Positions 51,619-62,690 of a stretch of DNA of 64,000 nucleotides are shown here, piece after piece. The stretch is from Nitrospirota bacterium (GTDB lineage: Bacteria; Nitrospirota; Nitrospiria; Nitrospirales; Nitrospiraceae). Under the pieces are notes generated by a model, which searched no databases, was not told where the DNA came from, and worked only from the letters and a program-made list of their open reading frames with translations. Made by a program: the position numbers and the translations under genes. Each line of letters opens with the position of its first letter. Within the stretch, counting starts at the first letter, position 1. Where the stretch lies: assembly GCA_963703955.1 (NCBI GenBank), contig CAVPGK010000015.1, positions 128,001 through 192,000 of the forward strand, given 5' to 3'.

Positions 51619-52098
51619 ATGGAACATAAAGAGGAATCTTCCGAACTAGTTCGGCTGAAAGTGCACGGGGTCTTGGCCGATCCCAATACCGAGACTCAGA
51701 TTGTCATTCTTCGTGACGAACACAACGCCGACATACTTCCAATCTGGGTTGGGACTGCGGAGGGGAATGCGATTCGACTTGCGCTGGAAGGCATTGTGAC
51801 GCCGCGACCGATGAGTCACGATCTGATCCGAAGCGTCGCGGAGCATCTCAATATCAAGGTATCTCGCGTCGTTGTGACGGACGTCAGGAACAATACGTAC
51901 TATGCGTCGATCCATTTGGTCTCGGAGGAATCGGAGCGCGTTGTCGATTCCCGCCCGAGCGATGCCATCGCCCTGGCCCTTCGTACAAATTGCCCCATCT
52001 ACGTCACACCGGGCGTCCTCAAACAACGGGGCGGCGGAAACCTCGACGCCTGGTTAGAAAAACTGGACACCAAAAACTTCGGGAAGTACGAAGTCTAA
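51619..52098 (+). CDS. Bifunctional nuclease (DUF151) family protein, paralogue
   Basis: LPIWVG, RPMSHDL, DSRPSDAIALALR. Confidence 0.9.
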   Translation: MEHKEESSELVRLKVHGVLADPNTETQIVILRDEHNADILPIWVGTAEGNAIRLALEGIVTPRPMSHDLIRSVAEHLNIKVSRVVVTDVRNNTYYASIHLVSEESERVVDSRPSDAIALALRTNCPIYVTPGVLKQRGGGNLDAWLEKLDTKNFGKYEV

Positions 52099-52140
52099 AC
52101 AGCAGCCGATCCCTGGCAACAGGGAGGAAAGAAACGGAAG

Positions 52141-52569
52141 ATGGGCACGTATCTCGCCAAACCTTCTGAGGTCACACGAAAATGGCACTTGGTCGATGCC
52201 AACGGCAAGACACTAGGGCGACTAGCCGCACGGGTCGCCATTCTCTTGAGAGGAAAGCATAAGCCCACGTTTACCCCGCACGTCGATACCGGCGACCATG
52301 TGGTGATCATCAACGCCGAAAAGGTTCGCCTCAGCGGCGACAAAATGCGGACCAAGACGTACATCCATCATAGCGGGTATCCGGGCGGACTCAAGTCCGA
52401 AACCGCTGAGCATCTTCACGCCAGACGGCCGACGGAACTGCTCGCGCGAGCCATCAAGGGCATGCTTCCGAAGACCACGTTGGGAAAGCAGATGGCCAGA
52501 AAATTGAAAGTGTACGCAGGCGCGGAGCATCCCCATCGCGCTCAACGCCCGGAATCAATCACACTGTAA
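52141..52569 (+). CDS. rplM: 50S ribosomal protein L13
   Basis: [20 protein letters not shown]. Confidence 0.97.
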   Translation: MGTYLAKPSEVTRKWHLVDANGKTLGRLAARVAILLRGKHKPTFTPHVDTGDHVVIINAEKVRLSGDKMRTKTYIHHSGYPGGLKSETAEHLHARRPTELLARAIKGMLPKTTLGKQMARKLKVYAGAEHPHRAQRPESITL

Positions 52570-52596
52570 CAGATCCGATCAGAGGAGGCCCGCAGT

Positions 52597-52989
52597 ATGG
52601 CAGTGGCTGCACAATACGCGACCGGAAAACGGAAGTCCGCCATCGTCAGAGCGTGGCTGTCTTCGGGGTCCGGCGAGATGACGATCAACACCAAACCCTT
52701 GGAGCAGTACTTTCCACGACCTTCCTTGAGAAGCATGATCCAGCACCCTCTCGAGGTGGCGGGCATGCTCGGGAAATTCAATGTGCGCGCCACCGTCTGT
52801 GGCGGAGGAACGACCGGACAGGCCGGCGCGCTGAGGCATGCCATCGCCCGAGCCTTGGTCGCGATGAGTCCTTCCACCCGGGAGCCACTGAAAAAAGAGG
52901 GATTCCTCACCAGGGACTCCCGCGTGAAAGAACGGAAGAAATACGGCCAGAAAGGGGCCAGGAAGCGCTTTCAGTATTCCAAACGGTAA
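52597..52989 (+). CDS. rpsI: 30S ribosomal protein S9
   Basis: TGKRK, GQAGALRH, RKRFQYSKR. Confidence 0.97.
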   Translation: MAVAAQYATGKRKSAIVRAWLSSGSGEMTINTKPLEQYFPRPSLRSMIQHPLEVAGMLGKFNVRATVCGGGTTGQAGALRHAIARALVAMSPSTREPLKKEGFLTRDSRVKERKKYGQKGARKRFQYSKR

Positions 52990-53009
52990 CGAGGATCTTT
53001 GAGCGAGCT

Positions 53010-53039
53010 AAGGGAAGGCGCAAGGGCCTTCCCTTTTTT
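53010..53039 (+). terminator. Intrinsic terminator after rpsI
   Basis: AAGGGAAGGC-loop-GCCTTCCCTTTTTT. Confidence 0.8.
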
Positions 53040-53072
53040 ACGATGTGAGAGAGTAACAACGGGAACTACACC

Positions 53073-54173
53073 GTGACTGTGACCGGAACAGCCAAGGTTG
53101 CAGTGATGGGAGCCAGCGGGTACACCGGGGGGGAACTGCTGCGGCTACTCGACGCACATCCTCGCATGGAAGTCATCGCGGTGACTGCCGACAAACATGT
53201 CGGGAGTGCCGTGTCGACTGTCTTTCCCTCTCTCGCGTCCACACTGCCCTCGCTTTCCTTCGAGCCTCTGGCTCCGGAGACTATCGCGCAACGAATCGAC
53301 GCCGTTTTCATCGCGCTTCCCCATACGAAATCACTGGACCCGGTGGCCGCGTGTCTGGCTGCCGGAAAGCCCGTCGTCGATCTGAGCGCGGATTACCGCC
53401 TGAAAAGTGCGACACTGTATGAGACGTGGTATCAGATCCCTCACCCGCATCCCGGCCTGTTGAAGGAGGCCGTCTATGGGCTCCCGGAACTTCGACGTTC
53501 GGAAATCCGCAACGCCCGCTTGGTGGCGTCACCTGGCTGTTACGCGACTGCCGCTGTTCTTCAGCTGGCCCCCTTGGTGGCCCACGGCCTGATCCATCCG
53601 GACTCGATCCTCGTGGACGCGAAATCCGGAGTGTCCGGCGCAGGGCGCAGCCCCGCACTGCCCTATCATTTTCCGGAGGCGCATGAGTCGCTTGAAGCTT
53701 ACAAGATCGGCCGGCATCGCCACCTCCCTGAAATTGAACAGGAACTCAGCGCCCTGTGGTCAGGGCGGCTACGCCCCGAGGCGGCACCGCTGGGGGCGGA
53801 CGACACTGCCTTGAACGTTGTCTTCACGCCCCATCTGGTACCCATGAATCGTGGCATTCTTAGCACTGCCTATTGCCGTCTTCGTCAGCCCGTGGACGTA
53901 TCCGACCTTCGTGCGCTGTACGGCACGTTCTACAAAGGCGAGCGATTCATTCGATTGAAAGACCCGGACACTTCTCCCAATCCCAGCCACGTTCGGGGAT
54001 CGAATTTTTGCGACCTGGCCGTCTTTACCGATAGGAGGGCCGGATGGGTCATCAGCGTGGCCGCCTTAGACAATCTCGTCAAGGGCGCGGCCGGACAAGC
54101 CATTCAAGCCATGAATATCATGATGGGATTTCCCGAGGAACTCGGCCTGACCGCGCCCGGAGTGTTTCCATGA
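53073..54173 (+). CDS. argC: N-acetyl-gamma-glutamyl-phosphate reductase
   Basis: GASGYTG, SPGCY, SGVSGAG, DNLVKGAAGQA. Confidence 0.96.
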   Translation: MTVTGTAKVAVMGASGYTGGELLRLLDAHPRMEVIAVTADKHVGSAVSTVFPSLASTLPSLSFEPLAPETIAQRIDAVFIALPHTKSLDPVAACLAAGKPVVDLSADYRLKSATLYETWYQIPHPHPGLLKEAVYGLPELRRSEIRNARLVASPGCYATAAVLQLAPLVAHGLIHPDSILVDAKSGVSGAGRSPALPYHFPEAHESLEAYKIGRHRHLPEIEQELSALWSGRLRPEAAPLGADDTALNVVFTPHLVPMNRGILSTAYCRLRQPVDVSDLRALYGTFYKGERFIRLKDPDTSPNPSHVRGSNFCDLAVFTDRRAGWVISVAALDNLVKGAAGQAIQAMNIMMGFPEELGLTAPGVFP

Positions 54174-54219
54174 CTCTGCCTTCCGTCGTGTGTCATTTCT
54201 CTTCCCCCGAGCCACGTTT

Positions 54220-55425
54220 ATGAGAACGGTCCGCGGTGGCGTGACGGCCCCGCTCGGTTTTCTTGCCGCAGGCATTCACGCCGGAATCAAGAAACCATCG
54301 ATCCCCGACCTGGCCCTGGTGGTGTCCGCCCGATCAGGACCGATTGCAGGGGTCTTTACGAAAAATCGAATCCCGGCGGCTCCCGTCCAGCTTGATCGAC
54401 TTCATCTCAAGCGCGGCGTCGGACGGGCTATCATCGTAAACAGCGGCAATGCCAATGCCTTCACGGGGTCTCATGGGTTGGCCGATGCAGCGGCCATGGC
54501 GAGCCTTGTGGCGCAGCAACTCAACACCGACCCACACACCGTGTTCGTCGGCTCCACCGGCGTCATCAGTCAACCGCTTCCCATGTCCCGTATCAGGGCG
54601 GGCATTCCATCCCTGATGGCGCGACTCAGACGATCAGGAGGACGGCAAGCGGCCCGGGCGATCCTGACCACGGACCTCACCTGCAAGGAGGTCGCGATCC
54701 AGACATCGATCGGCGGCCGGACTGTCACTGTGGGAGGCATGGCGAAAGGCTCCGGGATGATTCACCCGGATATGGCGACCATGCTGGCCTATCTAACGAC
54801 GGATGCCGCAATCGAGCAACCTGCCCTTCAGCGTGCTCTGGTCACGGCCGTCGATTCGTCATTCAACTGCATATCGGTCGACGGCGATACCAGCACCAAT
54901 GACACGGTGCTCTGCCTTGCCAATGGAATGGCGGGGAACCCTGCGCTGCGAGCAGGATCGCCCGAGACGGCACTCTTTCAAGCCATGGTGGACCGGGTCT
55001 GCTTCATACTCGCGATGAAGGTCTGCCGAGATGGCGAAGGCGTGACCAAAGTGGTTGAGTTGGTCGTCACCGGCGCCAAGACCGTGACCGATGCGAAGCA
55101 GGTCGCCAGAACCATCGGCACATCGAGCCTCGTTAAGACCGCCTTTTTCGGAGAAGATGCCAATTGGGGACGGATTATCGCGGCTATCGGTCGGGCAGGT
55201 ATCCCCCTGAATCCCGAGCGAATCGGTCTGTGCTTCAATGGCGTCCCAATCGTCAACGCGGGAAAAGGAGCCGGCCCGGCCGCCGAGCAGCGGATCAGCC
55301 GGATCATGCGCCGCAAGGAGTACACCATTAGCGTCGACCTCGGACTTGGATCGTCCACCGCGAGGCTCTGGACTACCGACCTGTCGTACGATTACGTGAA
55401 GATCAACGCGTCGTATCGGTCGTAG
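54220..55425 (+). CDS. argJ: Glutamate N-acetyltransferase / amino-acid acetyltransferase
   Basis: NSGNANA, KGSGMIHPDMATML, STND, INASYRS. Confidence 0.96.
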   Translation: MRTVRGGVTAPLGFLAAGIHAGIKKPSIPDLALVVSARSGPIAGVFTKNRIPAAPVQLDRLHLKRGVGRAIIVNSGNANAFTGSHGLADAAAMASLVAQQLNTDPHTVFVGSTGVISQPLPMSRIRAGIPSLMARLRRSGGRQAARAILTTDLTCKEVAIQTSIGGRTVTVGGMAKGSGMIHPDMATMLAYLTTDAAIEQPALQRALVTAVDSSFNCISVDGDTSTNDTVLCLANGMAGNPALRAGSPETALFQAMVDRVCFILAMKVCRDGEGVTKVVELVVTGAKTVTDAKQVARTIGTSSLVKTAFFGEDANWGRIIAAIGRAGIPLNPERIGLCFNGVPIVNAGKGAGPAAEQRISRIMRRKEYTISVDLGLGSSTARLWTTDLSYDYVKINASYRS

Positions 55426-55687
55426 CGGGTCGCCTCGTTCCTTTTCCTGCCAGGAGTTGATTCGATCATTTCCTGCCTTGCAAAGTATGAGAAACTGTGT
55501 TAGTTTTCAAATGCTTTACGGGCCTTCGATTCATTCGGATCTCTCGGATACACTGCCTGTTTTCTACAGGTCCATTATCAAAATTCACATTGGCGTGATG
55601 AGCACGCCACTTGGCTTGGGATTAAGGGGAGAGAGACCTCTCGTCGGCTTCGTTCCGGCGCTCCGCAAGCGAGGAAGGGGGTGAAAG

Positions 55688-56482
55688 ATGATCACGATTA
55701 AGGAACTACTTGAGGCCGGCGTTCATTTCGGACACCAGACTAATCGGTGGAACCCAAAGATGAAACGTTACATTTTCGGGGAACGCAACGGCATTTACAT
55801 CATCGACCTTCAACAGACCGTTCAACGCTTTCAGGCCGCTTATGATTTTGTCCGCGATACGGTCGCCGCAGGGGAGCCGGTCTTGTTCGTCGGAACCAAA
55901 CGCCAGGCCGTCGACATTCTTGAGGAAGAGGCCAAACGCTGCCGCATGTTTTATGTCAACCAACGGTGGCTGGGCGGGATGCTCACCAATTTCCAGACAA
56001 TTCGACGGAGCATCGATAAGCTCAAGAAGTTCGAAGCTGCCCTGACGGACGGCACCCATGAGCGACTGACGAAGAAAGAAGTTGGCCAGATGGAGAAAGA
56101 ACGCCTCAAATTGGAGAAAAGTCTTAGCGGGATCAAGAACATGAATCGTCTGCCCGGCTGCGTCTTCGTCCTGGATACGCGGACCGAGCGAATCGCGGTT
56201 CAAGAAGCGAATCGACTCAGCGTTCCTGTCGTGGCCATCGTCGACACCAACTGCGATCCGGATGGGATCGACTATCCAATCCCGGGAAACGACGACGCGA
56301 TTCGATCCATCAAGCTGATTGCATCGCGGATTGCCGATGCGTGCATCGAAGGCGCCCATCTTCGCGCGCAACAGGAAGAGATCGAAAAAGTGGAGGCCCT
56401 CCCGGTGGCCGATATGCGCGTGGGAATACGGTCATCCCAACCAGCCGCCGTGGGTGCAGAGAGCGTTTCGACTCCATCCTGA
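55688..56482 (+). CDS. rpsB: 30S ribosomal protein S2
   Basis: [23 protein letters not shown]. Confidence 0.97.
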   Translation: MITIKELLEAGVHFGHQTNRWNPKMKRYIFGERNGIYIIDLQQTVQRFQAAYDFVRDTVAAGEPVLFVGTKRQAVDILEEEAKRCRMFYVNQRWLGGMLTNFQTIRRSIDKLKKFEAALTDGTHERLTKKEVGQMEKERLKLEKSLSGIKNMNRLPGCVFVLDTRTERIAVQEANRLSVPVVAIVDTNCDPDGIDYPIPGNDDAIRSIKLIASRIADACIEGAHLRAQQEEIEKVEALPVADMRVGIRSSQPAAVGAESVSTPS

Positions 56483-56543
56483 AGGTTGATGACACGGATT
56501 ATCTGCAACCGCAAGATGACGAGAAGAGAGGAGCGCGACGCGA

Positions 56544-57140
56544 ATGGCGGGTAACAGCATGTTGGTCAAAGAGCTGCGCGAAAAGACGGGGGCTGGCATT
56601 CTCGATTGCCAGCATGCCTTGTCCGAAACGGGGAACGACATCGAGAAGGCCATCGAGCACCTCCGGCAGAAGGGGTTGGCGGCGGCCCAAAAGAAGGCCG
56701 GCCGGGAGACGAACGAAGGCACGGTTGCGGCCTATATTCACCCCGGAAATCGGATCGGCGTGCTCGTGGAAGTTAATTGCGAAACCGACTTTGTCGCCCG
56801 CAACGAGGAGTTTCAGACCTTTGTCAGGGATCTCGCGCTGCAGATCGCCGCGTCCAGTCCGTCGTTTGTCAGACGAGAAGACGTGCCGGCCGACCTCTTG
56901 GCCAAGGAAAAGGCGATTTATCTGGCACAGGCCAAAGAGTTGGGAAAACCGGAGCCGGCCTGGCCCAAAATCGTAGAGGGCAAGCTGGAGAAGTTCTATC
57001 AGGAGACCTGCCTCCTCGAGCAGGCCTTCATCAAAGACCCGACCGTGACGGTCAAAGACCTCATCGCGCAGAAAATAGCCAAGATCGGCGAGAACATGGG
57101 TGTGCGGCGGTTCACCCGTTACCAGTTAGGACAAGAATGA
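56544..57140 (+). CDS. tsf: Elongation factor Ts (short form)
   Basis: VKELREKTGAG, NCETDFVA. Confidence 0.97.
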   Translation: MAGNSMLVKELREKTGAGILDCQHALSETGNDIEKAIEHLRQKGLAAAQKKAGRETNEGTVAAYIHPGNRIGVLVEVNCETDFVARNEEFQTFVRDLALQIAASSPSFVRREDVPADLLAKEKAIYLAQAKELGKPEPAWPKIVEGKLEKFYQETCLLEQAFIKDPTVTVKDLIAQKIAKIGENMGVRRFTRYQLGQE

Positions 57141-57230
57141 CCTCTCGGGAAAAGGCGCGTCCCTCGGGTAAAAGAGCTGGTCTTGGCCAGCTCGGGGCCG
57201 GGTGGGTGACATAATCGCCGGGGTGGGTGG

Positions 57231-57956
57231 GTGGAAAAAGACGCCAAATACCGGCGCATCCTCCTGAAGATCAGCGGAGAACTACTGGCGGGTGACCAGG
57301 GCTACGGCATTCACCCCAAAGTATTGGAGAGCGTCGCGAACGAGATCCGCTCGGTCGTCGCGCTCGATGTGGAAGTTGCGGTGGTGATCGGCGGTGGGAA
57401 TATCTTTCGAGGAATCGCCGCCAGCGCCGACGGGATGGAACGAGCCTCGGCGGACTACATGGGCATGCTGGCCACCATGCTCAATGCTTTGGCGCTCCAG
57501 AATGCTCTCGAACGTAAAGGGGTCTCCACCCGCGTGCAATCGGCCATCGAGATGCGGCAACTGGCCGAAGGTTACATCCGGCGTCGTGCCATTCGCCATC
57601 TGGAAAAGAAGCGAGTTGTGATCTTCGCAGCCGGCACCGGGAATCCCTACTTTTCCACCGATACGGCTGCGGCGTTGCGGGCAATGGAAATCGGCGCACA
57701 GGTCATTCTGAAAGGAACCAAGGTGGACGGGATCTACGAAGCCGATCCGGTCACCCACCCGTCGGCCAAGATGTTTGCGGAGGTGCCGTTCCTCTCCATT
57801 CTGAACCAAAATCTCAAAGTCATGGATTCGACGGCCATCACGCTCTGCATGGACAACCAATTACCCCTGATCGTCTTTAACTTGAAGGAAACAGGCAACC
57901 TTCAACGGATCGTGCAGGGGGAGAAAATCGGCACGCTGGTGACCGCCGCTCACTGA
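57231..57956 (+). CDS. pyrH: UMP kinase
   Basis: [22 protein letters not shown]. Confidence 0.97.
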   Translation: MEKDAKYRRILLKISGELLAGDQGYGIHPKVLESVANEIRSVVALDVEVAVVIGGGNIFRGIAASADGMERASADYMGMLATMLNALALQNALERKGVSTRVQSAIEMRQLAEGYIRRRAIRHLEKKRVVIFAAGTGNPYFSTDTAAALRAMEIGAQVILKGTKVDGIYEADPVTHPSAKMFAEVPFLSILNQNLKVMDSTAITLCMDNQLPLIVFNLKETGNLQRIVQGEKIGTLVTAAH

Positions 57957-57973
57957 TTGAAGGCCACACTCCG

Positions 57974-58528
57974 ATGAGCCCCACCAAGCAGAAAGTCACG
58001 GAGCGCATGGAAGCCTCGCTGGAACATCTCAAGCGCGAGCTCGGGGGGTTGAGGACCGGACGCGCATCAGCCGCGCTCCTTGACAACGTCAAAGTGGACT
58101 ACTACGGAACTCCCACGCCTCTCAAACAGGTTGCGAACATCGGTATCCCCGAAAGCCGTTTGCTCACCGTTCAGCCGTGGGAACCTCCGTTGATCAAAGA
58201 AATCGAAAGGGTCTTGCTGGCCTCCGGTTTGGGATTGACCCCGTCGAACGACGGCAAAGTGATTCGCATCCCCATTCCTCCCTTGAGCGAAGAACGCCGG
58301 AAAGAATTGATCAAGATTTGTAAGAAACACGGAGAGGAAGCGAAGGTCCACATCCGCAACATTCGTCGCGAAGGGAACGAGGAACTTAAACATCTCCAGA
58401 AAGAGTCCAAACTCACTGAGGATGAGTTACGAAAGTCCGAAGTCGAAATCCAAAAGCTGACCGACCAATACGTGCAGAAGGTGGATCAGATTCTCAAGAA
58501 AAAGGAGGAGGAGATCCTGGAAATCTAA
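57974..58528 (+). CDS. frr: Ribosome recycling factor
   Basis: LRTGRAS, PPLSEERR. Confidence 0.97.
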   Translation: MSPTKQKVTERMEASLEHLKRELGGLRTGRASAALLDNVKVDYYGTPTPLKQVANIGIPESRLLTVQPWEPPLIKEIERVLLASGLGLTPSNDGKVIRIPIPPLSEERRKELIKICKKHGEEAKVHIRNIRREGNEELKHLQKESKLTEDELRKSEVEIQKLTDQYVQKVDQILKKKEEEILEI

Positions 58529-58569
58529 CCGCTCCTCCAACCAACCCGATTCTGACTCATCGCCATTCC

Positions 58570-59691
58570 CTGTCAGCCTCCCTCGCACCCACACTCGCTA
58601 CGATCGACCTGTCCGCCCTCGCTCACAATTTCGCTCAGGTTCGTCGGCGCATTGCGCCGACGTGCGACATCCTCGCCGTGGTCAAAGCGGACGCCTATGG
58701 ACATGGTGCAGTCGCGGTTACGCAAGCGCTCGAGAAGATGGGCGTCGCCCGGTTCGGTGTGGCGACCGTGCAGGAAGGCATTACTCTCCGCGAGGCCGGC
58801 TTTCGCGTCCCGATCTTGATCATGGGCGCCTGGCTCCCGGAGCACGGCTCCGAGGTCCTGAACTACCGGCTGACGCCGATCATCTACGAGGCCGACACCG
58901 CAGAACACCTGGCTCGGTTGGTGCCCTCAGACGCGCGCCCTTACCCTGTGCACATCAAAACCGACACCGGCATGGGGCGTCTCGGACTGTCACCTGAAGA
59001 GACATTATCCTTACTTCAGTCGCCTCCCTTTCGCGGCCGCCTCCGCGCGGAAGGGCTTATGACGCATCTGGCCGATGCGGACAATGCAGACCCTGCTTAC
59101 ACGAAGACTCAGATTCAGCGATTTCAGGGATTGGTTGACCAGATCGAGTGCGGGGGCTTTCGGATTCCGTTGATCCATGCGGCCAACAGCGCGGCGATCC
59201 TCTTTCATCCTTCGGCTCACTTCACCTCGGTCAGACCCGGCATCATGCTCTACGGTTATCATACCGCATCCCCGGATCGACACGTTCCCGATCTTGTACC
59301 GGTGCTGCGTCTCACTACAAAGGTGGTTCAGGTCCGAACCCTCCCTTCCGGACAACGCATCAGCTATAACGGTGTGTTCACGACTACACGCCCTTCCCGC
59401 ATTGCGGTTCTCCCGGTCGGCTATGCCGACGGTTACAGCCGGTTGCTCTCCAATCGCGGGGCCGTGTTGATCAAGGAACAGCGGGCACCTGTCGTAGGGC
59501 GGGTGTGCATGGACATGACGATGGTGGATGTGACGGACGTTGCAGAGGTGCGACCCGGCGATGAGGCCGTGCTCATTGGGCAACAGGGCACACAAAGCAT
59601 ATCGGCTGTCGACTTGGCCGCATGGCTCGACACGATTCCCTATGAAATCCTCTGCGGGATCGGCCCACGCGTGCCTCGAATCTACCGTTAG
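58570..59691 (+). CDS. alr: Alanine racemase (true start lies upstream of the tracked 58678)
   Basis: IDLSALAHNF upstream of AVVKADAYGHG; DTGMGRLG, GYADG, GRVCMD. Confidence 0.93.
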   Translation: MSASLAPTLATIDLSALAHNFAQVRRRIAPTCDILAVVKADAYGHGAVAVTQALEKMGVARFGVATVQEGITLREAGFRVPILIMGAWLPEHGSEVLNYRLTPIIYEADTAEHLARLVPSDARPYPVHIKTDTGMGRLGLSPEETLSLLQSPPFRGRLRAEGLMTHLADADNADPAYTKTQIQRFQGLVDQIECGGFRIPLIHAANSAAILFHPSAHFTSVRPGIMLYGYHTASPDRHVPDLVPVLRLTTKVVQVRTLPSGQRISYNGVFTTTRPSRIAVLPVGYADGYSRLLSNRGAVLIKEQRAPVVGRVCMDMTMVDVTDVAEVRPGDEAVLIGQQGTQSISAVDLAAWLDTIPYEILCGIGPRVPRIYR

Positions 59692-59772
59692 CGTGGACCG
59701 ATGCTCACATTCGTTGTCCATGCTCGCGGACTCCCTTATAATGATCGTAGAGAAACAGAGCCGAGATAGACC

Positions 59773-60552
59773 GTGATGGCGTCGTCGGTCCAAGTCAAAC
59801 AAAAACTTATCGGCTATGTCCTCGTCGTCGAGGAATTTACCCTCCTTTGCGCGCAGGCAATCGCGGGGCTCGGACGGTGCCGACGACACCTCCATGACAT
59901 GATCGTGCAGATCGACCGCGTCGGCGCCGGCTCGCTGTTCATCGTCGTCCTGACGGGCATGTTCACCGGGATGGTGCTGGCGCTTCAGGGCGCCGTGCAA
60001 CTGGAGCCTTACGGAGCCACGATTTACGTCTCGCGTCTGATCAGCACATCCCTCGTGCGTGAGCTGGGGCCTGTACTGGCCGCGCTGATGATCGCCGGTC
60101 GGGTCGGGACTGGGATCGCCTCTGAAATTTCCTCCATGAAGGTAACCGAGCAGATCGATGCCCTCCTGGCCGAGGGAACCGATCCCGTTCAGAAGCTGGT
60201 CACCACGCGTCTGGTCGCGTGTGTGCTCATGATTCCGGTCCTCACCATCATTACCGATGGTATTGCCGTCTTCGGAGGGTGGCTGGTCGCTCGTTTTTAT
60301 CTCGCCATCGACTCCTATTTCTACTGGACGTGGGCGTTCGAAGCGCTCCGTTTTCGGGATCTGGTCGTAGGCCTGGTCAAACCCGCCGTGTTTGGCTTCA
60401 TCATCGCGATGGTAGGCTGCTATGTGGGATTTCGCACCAAGGGGGGAACTGTCGGGGTCGGCGTGTCGACCACTCAGTCCATGGTGTCCTCGTCGATTTT
60501 GATCCTCGGCAGCGACTTTTTGCTGACCAAGCTATTTATGGCGTTTCCATGA
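59773..60552 (+). CDS. mlaE: MlaE-family ABC permease
   Basis: RELGPVL, MKVTEQIDAL. Confidence 0.9.
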   Translation: MMASSVQVKQKLIGYVLVVEEFTLLCAQAIAGLGRCRRHLHDMIVQIDRVGAGSLFIVVLTGMFTGMVLALQGAVQLEPYGATIYVSRLISTSLVRELGPVLAALMIAGRVGTGIASEISSMKVTEQIDALLAEGTDPVQKLVTTRLVACVLMIPVLTIITDGIAVFGGWLVARFYLAIDSYFYWTWAFEALRFRDLVVGLVKPAVFGFIIAMVGCYVGFRTKGGTVGVGVSTTQSMVSSSILILGSDFLLTKLFMAFP

Positions 60553-60568
60553 GGGATATACGACACCG

Positions 60569-61381
60569 ATGATCGTGCTCAACGGAGTTGATCTCGTATT
60601 GGGCGACCGGCAGGTCCTCAAAAATGTCTCGTTCGACGTCAAGCGCGGCGAGACAATGGTGATCCTTGGCGGCAGCGGCTCCGGCAAGACGACCATTCTC
60701 CGGGTGATCCTCGGACTCCACCGGCCGGACGATGGATTGGTCCGGATCGATGGTCGCGAGATCACACACCTCCGTCAAAAGGACCTCACACAGGTCCGGC
60801 AGCAAATGGCCATGGTGTTTCAGAGCGCCGCCCTCTTCGATTCCCTGACTGTGCGGGAAAATGTCGGCTACCGATTGTGGGAACAGGGTCTTCTGCCCGA
60901 TGAGGCCATCAACCAGATCGTGCAGGAAAGCCTGCGCTTTGTCGGTCTGCACGACATTATCGACAAAATGCCGGCTGAGCTGAGCGGCGGCATGAGAAAG
61001 CGAGTCGGGATTGCCCGCGCCCTGGCCAGCGGGGCCAAAGTCCTGCTATACGATGAACCCACGGCCGGGCTGGATCCCATCAACACGAGCCTGATCAGTC
61101 GTCTCATTGTGCGACTCAAACAGAAAGGCGTCACGCAGGTCGTCGTGACGCATGATCTCGATACCGCCGCTCGCGTGGCAGACCGGATCATCATGATCGA
61201 CCACGGCCAGATCGTCTTCGAAGGCACCCCCGACGCCTTGCCGCAGAGCGACCATCCTGCCGTCCGCGGATTCCTTGATCCCGAAAACCACAATCGTGAC
61301 GAAACACTGTTTTCCACACCAACCCAGGTGAAAGACTCAGCATCGCAACGAACAATCGAGAATGCAGGAGAGCTACCATGA
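60569..61381 (+). CDS. mlaF: MlaF-family ABC ATPase
   Basis: GGSGSGKT, LSGGMRKR, YDEPTAGLDP. Confidence 0.9.
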   Translation: MIVLNGVDLVLGDRQVLKNVSFDVKRGETMVILGGSGSGKTTILRVILGLHRPDDGLVRIDGREITHLRQKDLTQVRQQMAMVFQSAALFDSLTVRENVGYRLWEQGLLPDEAINQIVQESLRFVGLHDIIDKMPAELSGGMRKRVGIARALASGAKVLLYDEPTAGLDPINTSLISRLIVRLKQKGVTQVVVTHDLDTAARVADRIIMIDHGQIVFEGTPDALPQSDHPAVRGFLDPENHNRDETLFSTPTQVKDSASQRTIENAGELP

Positions 61382-62355
61382 CCCAACCCTCACAGTTGAC
61401 ATGGTCCAAGGTCAAAGTGGGCCTGGTGGTGGTGATCGCCCTGGCCATGCTGATCGTCATGATTATGAATCTCGAAGAGGGCATGGGGCTCATTTCGAGC
61501 CAGACGCGCTTCCGCGCGGTCATCGATCATACGCAGGGCCTGAAGATCGGTGGACCGGTCCGCCTCAACGGGGTGGATGTCGGCAACGTCCGCGAGATCG
61601 GCATCGCGAAAGACTCGGCAAAGGTGGAGATCATTTTTTCGGTGAAGACCCGAGTCGCCTCACACATCCGCCAGGATGCCTCGGTCACCGTTCGTGCCTT
61701 GGGTTTGTTGGGCGACAAATTCCTGGACATTCTGCCGGGAACGCCCGAAAAGCCCGCCATGGCTCCCGGCGGCATTCTCATGGGAAAGTCTGAACCAGAC
61801 GTGACCAATCTCGCATCGGATGCCAGTGCCACACTCGGAAACCTGAATGCCGCCATTCAGGATATTCAGCGTCTTCTGGTGGGCCTCACCCAGGGACAGG
61901 GAACCGCCGGCAAACTGATCACCGATCCTGGCCTCTATGATCGCTCGCAGCGGGTCCTGGAAAAATTGGATCTCGCATCGGAAAAGAGCGTCGAGATCCT
62001 GACGAAAGTGGAGCGTGGGGAAGGCACGATCGGACAACTGGTCACGGATAAGGAGATCTATGCCCGCGCCAACCGGGCGCTGAAAGACCTCACCGAGCTG
62101 ACCAGCCGCCTCAACAATCAGAACGGAACGCTGGTGAAACTGACGGACCCCGTCCTCTATCGTCGGCTGGAGAATCTCACGACCCGCAGCGAACATCTCT
62201 TGGATAAGGTCGAAAGCGGCGAGGGTACGATCGGCAAGCTGGTGAATCGGGACGAACTGTACACCCGCGCGGACAAGCTACTGACTGAGGTGGAAGAATT
62301 GGTGGCCGACGTCAAGAAGCATCCAACGAAGTATTTCAAGTTTTCCGTATTCTAA
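61378..62355 (+). CDS. mlaD: MlaD/MCE-family protein
   Basis: GLKIGGPVRLNGVDVG, GLLGDKF, repeated GEGTIG helices. Confidence 0.88.
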   Translation: MTQPSQLTWSKVKVGLVVVIALAMLIVMIMNLEEGMGLISSQTRFRAVIDHTQGLKIGGPVRLNGVDVGNVREIGIAKDSAKVEIIFSVKTRVASHIRQDASVTVRALGLLGDKFLDILPGTPEKPAMAPGGILMGKSEPDVTNLASDASATLGNLNAAIQDIQRLLVGLTQGQGTAGKLITDPGLYDRSQRVLEKLDLASEKSVEILTKVERGEGTIGQLVTDKEIYARANRALKDLTELTSRLNNQNGTLVKLTDPVLYRRLENLTTRSEHLLDKVESGEGTIGKLVNRDELYTRADKLLTEVEELVADVKKHPTKYFKFSVF

Positions 62356-62379
62356 GCGCGCCTTGATGAAGTCGGCGGG

Positions 62380-62688
62380 TTAGGTCTTCAGTTTGCGCTT
62401 CAGCCGCTTTTCCACGCTGGCCGTTTTTCCGGATATCCGTCCGTGATGGCCTTTGCGGTAGTCGACCTTCATCGTGCAGGAGATGCGATTGCAGTCCCGG
62501 CGCATTCGCAGAAAACACCGCCTGACCACATCAAGCACTGCGTCCCATTCCCCTTCCAGAACGGTCCCCATCGGGTTCAGCCGGTAATCCACCCCGCTCT
62601 TGTCGATAATATCCAATGATCGGGACACATATTTCCCCACACTCTCGCCTTTTCCCAACGGAGACATACTGAACTCTAAGAGCACCAT
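62380..62688 (-). CDS. MTH1187/thiamine-binding family protein
   Basis: YRLNPMGTVLEGEWD. Confidence 0.85.
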   Translation of the reverse strand: MVLLEFSMSPLGKGESVGKYVSRSLDIIDKSGVDYRLNPMGTVLEGEWDAVLDVVRRCFLRMRRDCNRISCTMKVDYRKGHHGRISGKTASVEKRLKRKLKT

Positions 62689-62690
62689 TA

